The translations under genes were made by a program, and so were the position numbers. Below are positions 1 to 12,789 of a stretch of DNA of 64,000 nt, piece by piece (position 1 is the first letter of the stretch; each line of letters starts with the position of its first letter). Source of the stretch: Cetorhinus maximus (lineage: Eukaryota); contig NC_135901.1 of assembly GCF_964194155.1 (NCBI RefSeq), positions 4,278,001 to 4,342,000 on the forward strand, read 5' to 3'. The notes under the pieces were generated by a model that was not told the origin of the DNA, searched no databases, and saw only the letters and a list, made by a program, of their open reading frames with translations.

Positions 1-290
1 CAGCCTTCAATGTGAGACCCCTTATTTTGAATCTGTGCCCCCTAGTTCTAGATTCCCCCAAGAGGGGAAACATCCTCTCAGCATCCACCCTATCAAGCCC
101 CCATCAGTATCTTCTATGTTTCATTAAGATAATCTCTCATTCTTCTCAACTCCAATGGATTCAGATCCAATCTATTAATCCCTTCCTCAGAAGACAAACC
201 CCTTCATCCCAGGATTCAGCCTTGTCAATATTCTCTGAACTGCTTCCAGTGCAAGTAAGTCCTTCCTTAAGTATTGAGACCAAAATTGTA
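1..290 (-). mobile_element. CR1-clade LINE 3' fragment
   Basis: The reverse complement resembles the CR1 ORF2 C-terminal region seen at 7069-7488 and 20084-20506. Degenerate; boundaries approximate. Confidence 0.65.
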
Positions 291-492
291 CAAAGTACGT
301 CCGATCAAAATATCCATCTGACTTTTACGCAGGGAACATGGGGAACCGAGTTTGGATTTCAGCCCAGGAAGGAGGGACAGTTTGGGATGGGGATTTACAG
401 CTTTGGGTTAACAAAAGAGGAAAAATTGTTCCATAGAAACTAGAATTTCTATCCTATACATACAGTGATTACGTTTCTAAACTCCTTTCACA

Positions 493-780
493 GGGTATGA
501 GAAAGGAAGGATTTGCAGATTCACAATGGGAGAAACCGTACACGTTTCGTGTGTGAACAAGGCTTCAACGGACCATTGAACCTGGAGGGACAAAAGGATA
601 CCTACGCCATGGAGAAACCATGGAAATATCTGGACTGTGGAAAGGATTCAATTACCCATCTGAGCCTTGAAAGTCATCAGTGCAGTCACAGCAGGGAGAG
701 ACTGTTTCCCCGCTCTATGCGCTGGAAGGGATTCAGTCAGTCACCCTAATGCTCAGACACAGTGAGCTCACATGTGACTG
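493..780 (+). pseudogene. Degenerate C2H2 zinc-finger gene remnant
   Basis: Acceptor tttcacag|ggtatgag matches the paralogous acceptors. Peptide YAMEKPWKYLDCGK...LESHQCSHSRER with frameshifts, followed by the shared 3' UTR motif gttggattctg...ttaatcac. Confidence 0.8.
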
Positions 781-839
781 CAGAAGTTGGATTCTGGTGT
801 TATTACTGTTGTTAATCACGCCCAACAACTTGCCTTCAT

Positions 840-2770
840 TTAGCACATTTACCAGAGGAGAATTCTCCAAAGGAGAATTATCAAATTAAATTTGGCAGAG
901 CCACATACAGAGAAATTAGGACAGGCGGCCAAAAGAATGATTAAAAAGTTCAATTTTAAGCAGTAGCTTAAGGAGGGAGGTGGGTGAGGGAGGTTACAAA
1001 GGGAGGGACTGACGAGGTGAAGCACTGATTGAAAACAAGGATGATCATTTTAAAATCAATGTGCTGCTACACCAGGAGCTAATGCATGCAGTGAGAATGG
1101 GGGTGATAGGTGAATGGGATTTGGTCTGTTAGGACATAGGTAACAAAGTTTTGGATGACCTTGAGTTTTCTGATCCATTACCATCCAGAAGGACAAGGGC
1201 AGCAGATAGATGGGAACACCACCACCTAGAAGTTCGCCTCTAAGCCACTCGCCAGTCTGACTTGGAAATATATCGCCGTTCCTTCACTGTCGCTGGGTCA
1301 AGATCCTGGAACTCCCAACCTAACAGCACTGTGGTTGTACCTACACCACATGGGCTGCAGCCGTTCAGGAACACAGCTCACCAATAAATGCTGGCCTAAC
1401 CAGCGACGTCACATCCTATTAAAGGATAAAAAAGGCGTGGGGGGCCGGCCAGGAGTATGTTGGAATAGTTCAGTCTTGAGGTAACAAAAGGATGGGGTGA
1501 GGTTCTAAATGAGCTGTGGCAGGGGTGGAGCTGGGTGATGTTACAGAGGTGGAAGGAGGTGGTATTAGTGATGGAGCAAATCTGTGGTCAGTTGCTAATC
1601 TCAGGGTCAGATCTGAATCAAAGCTGTGAAAAGTCTGGTTTAGTCTCAGACAGTTGCCAGGGAGAAGGTTGGGAATGGAGGTTGGTCAGTAGGTTGGGAA
1701 TGGAATTTGGAGCAGGGGACCATAAACAATGTCATCAGCCTTTTCAACATTCAATTGTAGGAAATTTCTGAAGGTCCAGTACAGGATGATGGATAAGCAG
1801 TCTGAACATTTAGTAACAGTGGAGGAGTCAAGAGAGATGGTGGAGTAATCTGCATAATGTGAAATCAAACACTTTTTTCAGATGACATCCTTCAGGGGCA
1901 GCATGTAGATTGAAATAGGATGGGCCAAGGATAGATCCTCAGGAATTACAGAGGTAACTGTGTGGGAGAGAGAAGAGAAACATTGTGGGCTGTACTCTGG
2001 CTGCCAATAGATAAGCAACGAACCAGGAGAGAGCAGTCCCACCAGCTGGACAACAGTGAAGAGATGCTGCTTGATCAGGAGCCAATGTAGGTCAGTGAGA
2101 CCAGAGGTGTTAGGTGAATGGGATTTGGCGAAGGAGGATTGTGTGGTAAACCATGTCCAAGGCTGCAAACAGACCAAGAAGGACAAGGAGGAATAGCTCA
2201 TCTCTGTCAGTTACATGGGATATGTTTTGTGACTTTGATAAGAGCTGGTTGGTTACTGTGATCGAGGGGCAGGAATCTGCTGGGAGGGATTGAAACATGG
2301 AATTCCAGGAAAGATGGGAACGGATTTGGGAGGCGACAAAATGTTCTCAGACTTCGGGGAGGTGAGCTGGGGCAGTAGTTTGCAAGGACAATGGAGTTGT
2401 GTTCTTTGAGGATGGGGGTGATGACAGCAGATTTAAAGGAAAGTAGGAAATCACCTGATGAGAGAGAACCAGCAACAATATCTGGTAAGGTGGGGTGTTT
2501 GGGCAGTCAGTAGTTCAGTGGGAATAAGGTTCGGGGAAGAGGAAATAGGTCTCATGGACAAGATTAGACCTGAGAGGGCATGAGAGGAGATTGGAGAGAA
2601 ATTAAAAAAAGATGAGAGTTCAGGGCTCAGACAAGGGAGAACTTTAGAGACAGTTTTGTCCAGTGTGTTAGTGGAAGACAGGGAAGTAGCAGAGGCAGCC
2701 GATCAGATTGTCTCAATCTTAGTGACAATGAAGCTCCATGAGCTCCTCACACTTGTTGGAGCTGAGGGTA
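840..2770 (-). mobile_element. L2-clade LINE fragments, interrupted by another LINE 3' end at about 1180-1433
   Basis: The reverse complement is homologous to 41020-41730 and 59830-60680. No intact ORF. Clade assigned from recall. Confidence 0.55.
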
Positions 2771-3000
2771 TTAGAGGTGGGGAGATGGAGAGTAATTCAG
2801 AAGGAACTAACTTGTGTTGGAGATATTAAAAAGACTCAACACACTGTGTGTTTAACACAAAACTGATTTATTTGACATTTATCCACAATGTTAATGCCCA
2901 TTACTGGGCTGGAATTTATTAACATCCACAGAAACAGATTCAAATTAACAGAGTTCAGCCCTGAATGTGATTAACAGAAAAATCCAATCATTGTAGTTAC

Positions 3001-4115
3001 TCATGAACTCGCTAGCGTCTCAGCAGGGTGGATCACCAAGTGAATCCGTTCCCACACTCGGAGCAGGTGAACAGCCTCTCCCCATGTGAACTCGCTGGTG
3101 ATTCAGCAGGTGGGATGACCGGGCGAATTTCTTCCCACACTCGGAACAGGTGAACGGCCTCTCCCCAGTATGAACTCGCTGGTGATTCAGCAGGGTGGTT
3201 GACTGAGCAAATCCCTTCCCACACTCAGAGCAGGTGAACGGTCTCTGTCCAGTGTGAATCCGCCGGTGTACAGTGAGTTGAGATGAGTGCTTGAACCCAG
3301 TCCCACAGGAGGAGCACTTGAACGGTCTCTCACCAGTGTGAATTCGCTGGTGTGCGGTTAGTTCAGACGATCGAATGAACCCAGTCCCGCAGTGAGAGCA
3401 CTTGAATGGTCTCTCATCAGTGTGAACACGTTGATGGGACATCAGTTCCCCGGAGCTTTTATAGCACTTCTCACAGTCTGGACATTTAAAAGGTCTCTCC
3501 CCGGTATGAACTCTCATGTCTCAGCACATGGGACAATTGAGTGAATCTCTTCCCACACACATAGCAGGTGAATGGCCTCTCACCAGTGTGAATTCGCTGG
3601 TGTACAGTGAGTTGAAACGATCCCCTGAACCCAGTCCCACAGTGAGAGCACCTGAACGGTCTCTCATCAGTGTGAACACGTTGATGGTACATCAGGTCCC
3701 CAGAACTTCTATAGCATTTCCCACAGTCTGGACATTTGAAAGCTCTCTCCCCAGTGTGAACCCGCTGGTATGTCAGCAGGTTGGATGACTGAATGAATCC
3801 CTTCCCACACTCAGAGCAGGTGAATGGCCTCTCCCCAGTGTGAATTCGCTGGTGTGTTAACAGGTCGGATAGCCGAGTGAATCCCTTTCCACATTCGAAG
3901 CAGGTGAACGGCCTCTCCCCAGTGTGAATGCGTCGATGAGCTTCCAGCTCAGACGGGTAACTGAACCTCTCCTCACATTCCCCACATTTCCACAGTTTCT
4001 CCCCACTGTAAACGGTGCTTTTTCCTTCCATGTTCAAAATCTGATGACATTCAGGTGACGATAAATTGAGCGACTCCATCAGATCCCGATGTGATATTTG
4101 CTTTGAGTTTCCCAA
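3001..4115 (-). pseudogene. C2H2 zinc-finger pseudogene (ZNF-B), about 12 fingers
   Basis: ORFs 3486-4115 and 3020-3517 carry CxxC...HxxxH fingers with TGERPF linkers. Frameshifts at about 3515 and 3087, and a TAG in the last finger. Paralogue of 39712-40833. Confidence 0.85.
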
Positions 4116-4689
4116 AGTGCAAATCCTCCCCCTCTAATACTCTGTGAAGTTGATTTAAAACAGAAAAAAATGGGAGTGAGAAAGAACCCACAAAAACACA
4201 AAGGCAAGTTGTGAAATTGAGCTGAATGAATCTGGTCATTTGTGGAGCTAACACTAGCAAAAGTGACCATGAAATCTGCTGGATTGTCACAACAACCCAA
4301 CTTTTTCACTGATGTCCTTCAGGGAAGGGAACCTGCCATCAACACTGGGCCTACACAAGTCTCTGGCCTCTATGGGGGGGATGAGGGAGAAAGAGAAAGG
4401 GTGAGAGGGATAGCAAGAAAAAGGGGAGGCAGAGAGTGAAAGAGAGGGATTTTAAATATCTACAGCTCAACTAGAACTTTGACAGAATCTCCCAAATCCT
4501 CAACCTCCACTAACTAAAAGTATGAGGGGAGCAGGTGTATGTGAACACCATCACCTCCAAGCTTCCCTCCATGGACTGCAGCGGTTCAAGAAGATGGCTC
4601 ACTCCCACTTTCTCAAGGGCAATTAGGGATGGGCAATAAATGCTGGCCCAGCCTGCAATGCCCATAAATGAATTTTAAAAAATCCAAGT

Positions 4690-5665
4690 CACACAGTGCT
4701 GATTTGTCTGACATCCAGCACTGGATGAGCAGAAATCTCCTCCATTTAAATATTCCTTCCCTGCCACTGGGTCAAAATCCTGGAACTCCCTTCCTAACAG
4801 CACTGTGGGTGTACCTATACCACATGGACTGCAGTGGTTCAAGAAGGCAGCTCACCACCACCTTCTCAAGGGCAGTTAGGGATAGGCAATAAATGCTGGC
4901 TGAGCCACCAATGCTCACATTATTGCTTTCAGTGCCTACTACAAATTCCACTCCCTAACCACTGACTCTCTCCCTCTCCTTGGCAACTGCCTGAGGCTGA
5001 ATCACACTGTTCACAATCGCGAGATGAGCTTACAGCCACATATCCGCATCAACACGAAGACCACCTATTTCTGCCTCAGTAACATCACCCGACTCCGCCC
5101 TAGTTTCAGTTAATCTGCTGTTGAAAGTGTCATCCATTCATTTGTTACCTATAGTCTAAATTATCCTAATGCATACCCAACCGGCCTCCAACATTCAACT
5201 CCATCCTCCTACCCCCAGAATCTTGAGGTCATCCAAAACTCTGCTATCTGTGTGCTTACTCACACTCAGTCTTGTTCACACATCACCCCTGTGCTCACCG
5301 ACCAACAAAGGCTCTCATTTTAAAAGCACCAAAACTTTAAAATTCTCATGTTTTCCTCCATGGTTGTGATGATCCCGATCTCTGTATTCTCCTCCAGCCA
5401 CAGCCCTCGCCAGGATCTCTACACTGATCTAATTCCAGCCACTTGAGCATTCCCGATTTTAATCGCTCCACCATCAGTGACTGTTCTTTCAGTTGCCTAG
5501 GCCACAGCTCTACGCCTCACTCTTCTTCTTTAAAATACTCCTTAAAACCTACCTCTTTGACAAAGCTTTTGGTCACCTGCCCTAATATGGCTCATGTGGC
5601 TCAGTGTCAAACGTCACTTTGTAATATTTCAGTGAAATGCCTTGGAAAATTTTATTATGCTAAAG
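4690..5665 (+). mobile_element. L2-clade LINE 3' fragment, interrupted at about 4757-4920 by another LINE tail
   Basis: Ends in an L2-like tail (gtgaaatgccttggaaaattttattatgctaaaggc). Homologous to 41600-41730 plus 42705-42830. Confidence 0.55.
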
Positions 5666-5799
5666 GCATAATTATTGTCACTGCCTTGGACATATATCGT
5701 TGATTTGCCTCATCAATTACACATTGTAACTCAAAGTGTGAAGCAGCTTGATGGACAATTGTCCTCAGTCTGTCATTGGGAACATTTCAAAAAATGCCC

Positions 5800-6180
5800 A
5801 CAGTAAAGATGGCGGCTGCGCACGCGCCCCGCCCACAATAAAGATGGCGACCGTTACCTCGGGGCTGCAATCGGAACAAAACTGCCGTCCTGGCTCCGTA
5901 CAAAAGTGGGAACGCTATGGTCTTTTTCGGGGTTTTGCGGATTACGCAACATGTTTACAAAACCTTTCCGCCTACCCACCGGATCCATCGCTTCCTCCGT
6001 CCCCCGATTTTCGCCCTTACCGATACGGATCTGACAAAGCCTTCTCCCCATCGTCATTACTGGCTCTGCGCATGCTCCAATGTTTTTCTCCACTGCGCCT
6101 GCGTATTGCTCTCCTGTGATGTGGATAGCGGATATTCCCCACCGCGGGGGATGATGGGTGAAGGCCCCGCCATTGAAAAT
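5800..6180 (-). promoter_or_regulatory. CpG-rich promoter / first exon region of ZNF-B
   Basis: YY1-like AAGATGGCGGC at 5806-5816, a GC box, NRF1-like TGCGCATGC at 6067-6075 and TGCGCCTGCG at 6094-6103, ZNF143/Staf-like site at 6142-6161. Local CpG enrichment. Confidence 0.7.
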
Positions 6181-6282
6181 ACAAATTATTGTATCGAGAT
6201 TTGTTTTCCTGGTGTGGTACGGAGACTGGGGCCGGAGGATCAAACAATTAACTTAGGAAACAAATAATATCGTTATACTATA

Positions 6283-7565
6283 TTGAAACTATTGGAGAAA
6301 ATTCTGAAGGAGAGAATCTATCTCCACTTGGAGAGGCAAGGTTTGATCAGGGATAGTCAGCATGGCTTTGTCAGACGGAGGTCATGCCTAACAAATTTGA
6401 CTGAATTTTTTGAGGGGGTGACCAGGTGTGTAGATGAGGGTAGTGCAGTTGAAGTAGTTTATATGGATTTCAGCAAAGCCTTTGACAAGGTTTTGGCTTG
6501 TAGGTGGCAGAGGTTGATGACAGAAGGATGCTTTAGTGACCTGAAGCCAGTGTCCAGTGGCGTACCACAGGGATCTGTGCTTGGTCCCCTATTATTCATC
6601 ATTTATATAAATGACATAGATGACTATGTAGGGGGTAGGTTTAGTAAGTTTGCGGATGACACAAAGATTGGCCGGGCGGTTAACAGTGAGGTTGAGTGTC
6701 TTGGGCTACAGCAAGATATAGACGGGATGGTCAAATGGGCAGATAAGTGGCAGATGGAATTTAACCCTGAAAAGTGTGAGGTGATACACTTTGGAAGGCG
6801 TAATTTGACAAGGAAGTATTCAATGAACGGCATGACATTGGAAGTTCTGAAGAACAAAGGGTCCTTGGCGTGTGTGTCCACAGATCTCTGAAGTCGGAGT
6901 GGTATGTTAGTGGGGTGGTGAAAAAGGCATTTGGGACACTTGCCTTTATCAATCGAGGCATAGGTTACAAAAGTAGGGAGGTCATGTTGGAGTTGTATAG
7001 AACCTTGGTGAGGCCACAGCTGGAGTACTGAGTGCAGTTTTGGTCACCACATTATAGGAAGGATGTGATTGCACTGGAGATGGTGCAGAGGAGATTCACC
7101 AAAATGTTGCCCTGGGATGAAACATTTAAGTTATGAAGAGAGGTTGGATAGACTTGGGTTGTTTTTGTTGGAGCAGAGAAGACTGAGGGGTGACCTGATC
7201 AAGGTGTACAAGATTATGAGGGTCATGGACAGGGTGGATAGGGAGCAGCTGTTCCCCTTAGTTGAAGGGTCAGTCACAAGGGGGCATAACTTCAAGGTGA
7301 GGGGCAGGAGTTTTAGGGGGGATGTGAGGAAAAACTTTTTTAACCAGAGGGTGGTGACGGTCTGGAATGCGCTGCCTGGGAGGGTGGTGGGGGCAGGTTG
7401 CCTCACATCCTTTAAAAAGTGCCTGGATGAGCACTTGGCACGTCATAACATTCAAGGCTGTGGGCCAATTGCTGGTAAATGGGATTAGGTAGGGAAGTCA
7501 GGTGTTTCTCATGTGTCGGTGAAGACTCGATGGGCTGAAGGGCCTCTTCTGCACTGTGTGATTCT
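6283..7565 (+). mobile_element. CR1 LINE, 5'-truncated, internally deleted and frameshifted
   Basis: RT motifs QHGF, DFSKAFDKV, SGVPQGSVLGPLLF, FADDTK; C-terminal LERRRLRGDLI-type and KNFF.QRVV..WN.LP segments; deletion right after AFDKV. Confidence 0.92.
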
Positions 7566-7619
7566 GTAATTCTGAAACCCAACTGTGCGGACCCTCCATT
7601 ATCCAGCAGAAAGGAGAAT

Positions 7620-7850
7620 GGGATTTGGTGGAAAATAGAGAGTCTCCAAAGAGCAGCAATAACAGCAGAATCCAACCCCTACAGTCACATATGAACTTAC
7701 TGGTGCCCCAGCAGGCGGGAAGAACAACTGAATCGCTGCCCACAAACACAACGTTTAAAAAGCCTCTTTCTACCAGGTGGGAAAATTCAGTCAATGCTTT
7801 CACACGTGTAAATTATCTGAATGGTCTGTCACAATGTGGCTATGCTGCCG
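7620..7850 (-). pseudogene. Highly degenerate ZNF remnant
   Basis: Carries the cluster's 3' UTR signature (aacagcagaatccaacccctacagtcac) and decayed finger sequence. Confidence 0.5.
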
Positions 7851-9214
7851 TGTCCTGTCAGCTCTGAAAATCCTCCCCCGGTGCAACTACACAAGAGTTT
7901 CCATCTTAAATGGCAATGGAATCACTCCTCACAGTCAACAACAACAAAAATCTGCATTTATTTTACACCTTTACTTTAATAAAACATCCCAAGATGCTTA
8001 GCATGGGTGAAATTGTAGCAGTGTTTTTGCGACCAAATTAAAGACAAAAACACAATTTCCAAACAATAAAAATGGAAACGCACACATTTTAGCAACATAA
8101 ATCCGTGGCTCTGTTAAATGGTTCATCACATTGTATAACATTCCTATGGTTGTAAAACAGCAGATAATCTGGCTCAGTATGATCTGTGCTTTGGTAGATC
8201 TGCTGTGAATATAACACATAGGGAATAGCTGCGCATTTCATATTTGTTCTATCACATACATTTACTTTAATCAAATGTCTTGAAGCTGATTGTCTCCCAG
8301 GCTAATTTATTCAAAAGCCTTAATAACCAGTGTTTCTTGTTTCCCATTTTTTTTTCTACAGCTCCAGCATTCATCTGATCCAATTGTTATTTCTCACCTC
8401 AGTTTTCAATCACTGTTGTCTTCAATATCCTTTCTCATAATCCACTTCCCATCTGTGTCCACCCAACTATTCAGATTTTGTTACAAAAGCTGGTAACGAT
8501 GTGAAATATGTCATGCAGCCTGATATTTAACACTATTTTGGGTGGTGGGGATTGATTATTGAGTACAATTTATGCAAAATGTATTCCTTCTTAGGGAGTC
8601 CCATCTGAAACATTAACCATCACATGACGTTTATATGGGAAAATGTTTTTTTATCGAGACCAAGGAAGCGCAAAAATTGTCCCAAAGTTCATGGCCATGA
8701 GCGTGGGTGTCGAGTCCACATAGATGAAGCACAATTGCCAGTTGGTCCTCACCAGCAACAAGAACTCCCACTCCCCATCATCCCCCAGACCCCTCAGCAC
8801 AGCTCCTGGCCTCTCCCTGCCATTTGATGCTCCTCACATCTGCATCCTGTTGTTGTTGTATCAAGTGATTAAACACAGCTCCGCACTGTGCCCAGGAATT
8901 CCTTCCCATAATGTGCAAAAGCACTCAGTCACTTCAAACACATCAACAAGACAATAAGTAATGGTGGAGGCACTGAAATGGCAGGTGCTGGAAACGTGGT
9001 GAGAGCAGGAAAGTGATAGCATGAAGTTAGAGGGAAGGAGGAGTAAGATGTGTCAGTGCGAAATTGGAGGGGGGGGAAAAGAGGAATGTCTGTGTGAATT
9101 CCTCTATCAAAGCCTTTCCTCATCCTCAGAATACAAATGTGATTTGAAGGTGTTTCGAAACAGCAACACGCCATGCAGTGGAAGAACACTAATTTATACC
9201 TGGGTCTGGCAGTT

Positions 9215-9830
9215 CCTCCAGGGTTTAATAGCCTGCTGCCTCCAGCTCTGTCAGACTGGAGCTGTGGCAACTGGTGAGGGAATCAACAAGAGGGAAAATC
9301 CTTGAACTCATTCTCACCATTCTACCTGTCACAGATGCATCTGTCCATGATAGTATTGATAGGAGTGACCCCACAAGGCCCTTGTGGAGTCAGAGTCCCA
9401 CCTTCACCCTGACAATTCCCTCCATCGTGTTGTGTGGCACTGCCACTGTGCTAAATAGGATAGATTCAGAAGAGATCTAGCAACTCAAGACTGGGAACCC
9501 ATGAGGCAGTGCGAGCCATCAGCAGCAGCAGAATCGTATTCAACCACAGTCTGTAAACTCATGGCCCAGCATATCCCTCACTCCACAATTACATCAAACC
9601 AGGCGATCAAGCCTGGTTCAATGAAGAGTGCAGGAGAGCAGGTCAGCAGCAGCACAAGACATATTGGAATGTCAACCTGGTGAACTACAACACAGGACTG
9701 CTTGCCAAACAGTGGAAGCAGCCTATGATAGCCAGAGCTAAGCGATCTCACAACCAATGTATCAGATCAAAGCTCTGAAGACTTGTGTTCCAGAACTAGT
9801 GACACCTCCAGCCAAACCGTTCCAGCAGCT
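9215..9830 (+). mobile_element. Degenerate non-CR1 LINE internal fragment (end of the endonuclease region)
   Basis: ORF 9274-9480 reads TRGKILELILT.LPVTDASVHDSIDRSD, resembling the C-terminal APE endonuclease motif (LDL...SDH). Confidence 0.55.
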
Positions 9831-10271
9831 TTCCAAAGAAAATAAAACCCAGCCTATGAAATGCTTCCTCTTCCCAACTGTTTTTGATGTGAATAAGGTT
9901 GAGTGGGAGTTCGCTAATTTCTCTCCCTTAATCTTATGAATCAGATCATTCTTGACATGGGTCTGCTGCTATTGGGCACCCAGGGAGTGACCATTCTAAT
10001 TCGGTGACTCTGAGCAGTTTTGTTGGTCCAGGGACTTGAGTGAAACTTGCCACTTTTAAAGCGTCATCATTCATTGTACATTAGGCCACACCTACAAACT
10101 GATTTCTCACATTTCCAGTGAAGTGGAGGAAGTTTGCTTTCATAAACCAGCAACTGTGATAAAGACAAAGCAGGATGGAGAAAGACTCATTTGGAGCACA
10201 GTGACGCAGTGGATGAATGGAGAGCTGAGGTTCACCCATGAAAGCAGCAAAGTTTTTTAAAAAAGCAACAG

Positions 10272-10344
10272 CACCCAAAGTGGGGCTTGAACCCACAAAC
10301 CTGAGGTTACAGGCCTCATGCACTACTGACTGTGCTAGCCAGAA
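10272..10344 (-). pseudogene. tRNA-Lys(CTT)-derived pseudogene with downstream oligo-T
   Basis: Minus strand TTCTGGCTAGCACAGTCAGTAGTGCATGAGGCCTGTAACCTCAGGTTTGTGGGTTCAAGCCCCACTTTGGGTG is colinear with vertebrate tRNA-Lys(CTT). The acceptor stem and anticodon loop are mutated; a T6 run lies 8 nt downstream. Confidence 0.75.
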
Positions 10345-11074
10345 TCTCAAGGGACTGATGCTTTCCATTCAATCATTCACAGCTTCCCTTTCTTTGTTGC
10401 ACCTCCTTCCAAACACTGTGATCCATTTTCTTCAGGATTTCTTCCTGGATTTAATATTTACCTGCTTTGTGACCTCATTTTGAGATCAGATTCTCTTCGA
10501 TCTCCAACACAAATTGAGTGGCAAAGCTGTCGGACAAACAATGGAAAACAAGTCAGTCGGTAACACAAATCCCATGGTGCTCATTTACAGATTCACAACA
10601 GTCAATTTTTAAATAAAAGGAAGGAATTTTGCAGGGAAAATATTTAGAAAGTTGTTTTTATTTGTGACACACTCACTCGGGTATTTTGTAAATGCTGCTT
10701 GGAGGTTCAGTAACCGGGATATAATCTACCTGTATTTCCCTGAGCCGGTGCTCGGTGTATTGGGAGGTTTGACCTGGGTTGGAGTATCTTGCGTCCCAGG
10801 GATGGGCACTAACCCACTGTTTGAAGCTGCAGTCACCGCCTTCTGCTGGCAGCGGGCGATTGGAGAGTGCGGGGCCGGAATATTGCTGCTTTTCTGCTTT
10901 TCCCTGTCTCACTCACTGTGGAGCTGAGGAGGAGCGAATGGGTTTGTTTGAATCCAATAACTTCACAGATTTCCAATGGGTTAGATATAGGTACAGGGTA
11001 GGTCCAATCATTTTCTCATTAAACTTGAAATAAATTAATCTATAATCCATTTGTGTGTGGCATGGGGCAGGGAG

Positions 11075-11390
11075 GGGGATATGGTGGCATAGTGGGAATA
11101 TCACCTAACTAGTAATCCAGAATCCCAAACTAATGATCTGGGGAACAAGGTTCAAATCCCAGTGGAATTTGAATTCAAGTAATAATCTGGAATTGAAAAG
11201 CTAATCTCAATAATGATGACTATGAAACCATTGTTGTAAAAACCCATCTGGTTCACCAGTGCCCTTTAGGGAAGGAAACCTGCTGTCCTTACCTGATCTG
11301 GCCTACATGTGATTCCAGACCCACAGCAATGTGGTTGACTCTTAACTTCTTATGAAATGGTGTGACAAGCGACTCAGTTCAAGGACAACA
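11075..11390 (+). mobile_element. tRNA-derived SINE (abundant family in this window)
   Basis: A box (tggcatagtgg) and B box (ggttcaaatcc); body shared with 15825-16065, 14575-15037(-), 21655-21935(-) and 39385-39545(-). Confidence 0.75.
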
Positions 11391-11493
11391 AAACCATAAA
11401 ATGCTGGAAAAACTCAGCAGGTCTAACAACATCCGTGGAGAGTAAAAGAAACAGAGTTAACATTTTGAGTCTGTATGATTCTTCTTCAGAGTC
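11391..11493 (-). mobile_element. Penelope-like pLTR fragment with decayed hammerhead motif
   Basis: Minus strand ctgaagaagaatcatacagactcaaaatgttaac...gacctgctgagtttttccagc; same family as 13729, 18455, 19590, 26180 and 56885. Confidence 0.6.
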
Positions 11494-12117
11494 ATCCCTT
11501 CAAGCCTTTCAGTGTCTTGTCTGTTACCAAGTATTCTGATTGTCCCAAAGTCGAAATTAGGTTGAAATCCCTGATGTGCTGTAACGAGAATCCTTTCAAT
11601 TTCTCAGATCAGTTAATTTCACTGATAACATCAGAATCAATGTTCCAGCGTCTTAAAGAAGGGAAAGGTGCCTTGACTGACACACACTAAGTCAAGATGT
11701 CAGTTTATCTCCTCTTAACCCTGAGAAATTAAGACCACAGATGCTAAAACTGATTTCCTTGACATATTCTGATATATCCTGACCATTGACTAACTGTAAA
11801 TTTCTCCTGAACCTTGGGGCTGTGACTGCTTCCTGAAAGAAAGTGTCCAGCTAACTCTCCCCCTCCCTGACAGCCCTGATGTCTGCAGCTCAGAGTGCAG
11901 CTCAATAACCCTGAGACCAGGTTTCCTGAGCTGCAGACACTCACCGCAGATATGATGGTCCAGGATCGCAATATTCTCCAGAAACTCCTACTTGTTGCAG
12001 TCCCGGCACAGCACCTGCCCTGCAAAGAACTTTAAACTCTGGCCCAGTGATGGGAGTTATTACCTTCAGCAGAAATAAACAAAGCATGTGATTAACAGCA
12101 GCATCCAACCCCTGCAG

Positions 12118-12789
12118 TCACACATGAACCCGCTGGTGTCTCAACAAGTTGGATGGTCGATTGAATCCCTTCCCACATTCGGAGCAGGTGAACGGCCTCT
12201 CCCCACTGTGAGTGCGTTGGTGTCTCTGGAGATTGAATGACTGAGTGAATCGCTTCCCACACACGGAACAGGTGAATATCCTTTCCCCAGTGTGAACTCG
12301 CTGATGTTGAATAAGGTGAGATGATTGTCTGAATCTCTTCTCACAGTGAGAGCAACTGAATGGTCTCTTGTCAGTGTGAACAAGCTGGTGTTTAATTAGA
12401 TCAGGAGAGGTTTTAAAGCAATCTCCACAGTAAAAGCATTTAAAAGGCCTCTCGTCACTGTGAACTCTCTGGTGTGACCCCAGGCTGGATGACTTAATGA
12501 ATTCCTTTCCACACACAGAACAGGTGAACGGTCTCTCCCCAGTGTGACTGCGTCGATGAGTTTCCAGCTGGGATGGGAAACTGAATCCCTTCCCACAATC
12601 CCCACATTTCCACGGTTTCTCAATGGTGTGGGTATCCTTGTGTCTCTCCAGGTTGGAAGATCTGTTGCAAACTTGTCCACACACAGAACACATGTACAGT
12701 TTCTCCCCGCTATGAATGGTGTGATGTTTTTTCAGGCTGTGTAACTGGTTAAAGCTCTTTCCACAGTCAGTGCACTGGAAGACTCTCAC
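12118..12789 (-). CDS. C2H2 zinc-finger protein (ZNF-C), 8 fingers
   Basis: Open frame with 8 fingers and TGERPF-type linkers. Start is uncertain: the paralogous MEKPW ATG reads IEKPW here, and the first in-frame ATG is near 12693. Confidence 0.75.
   Translation of the reverse strand: MRVFQCTDCGKSFNQLHSLKKHHTIHSGEKLYMCSVCGQVCNRSSNLERHKDTHTIEKPWKCGDCGKGFSFPSQLETHRRSHTGERPFTCSVCGKEFIKSSSLGSHQRVHSDERPFKCFYCGDCFKTSPDLIKHQLVHTDKRPFSCSHCEKRFRQSSHLIQHQRVHTGERIFTCSVCGKRFTQSFNLQRHQRTHSGERPFTCSECGKGFNRPSNLLRHQRVHV

Noticed and set aside
8644-8670. Short match to 51614-51640 (TTTTTAT..AGACCAAGGAAGC)
   Set aside because: A 13-bp exact core with A/T-rich extension and no flanking homology; chance cannot be excluded.
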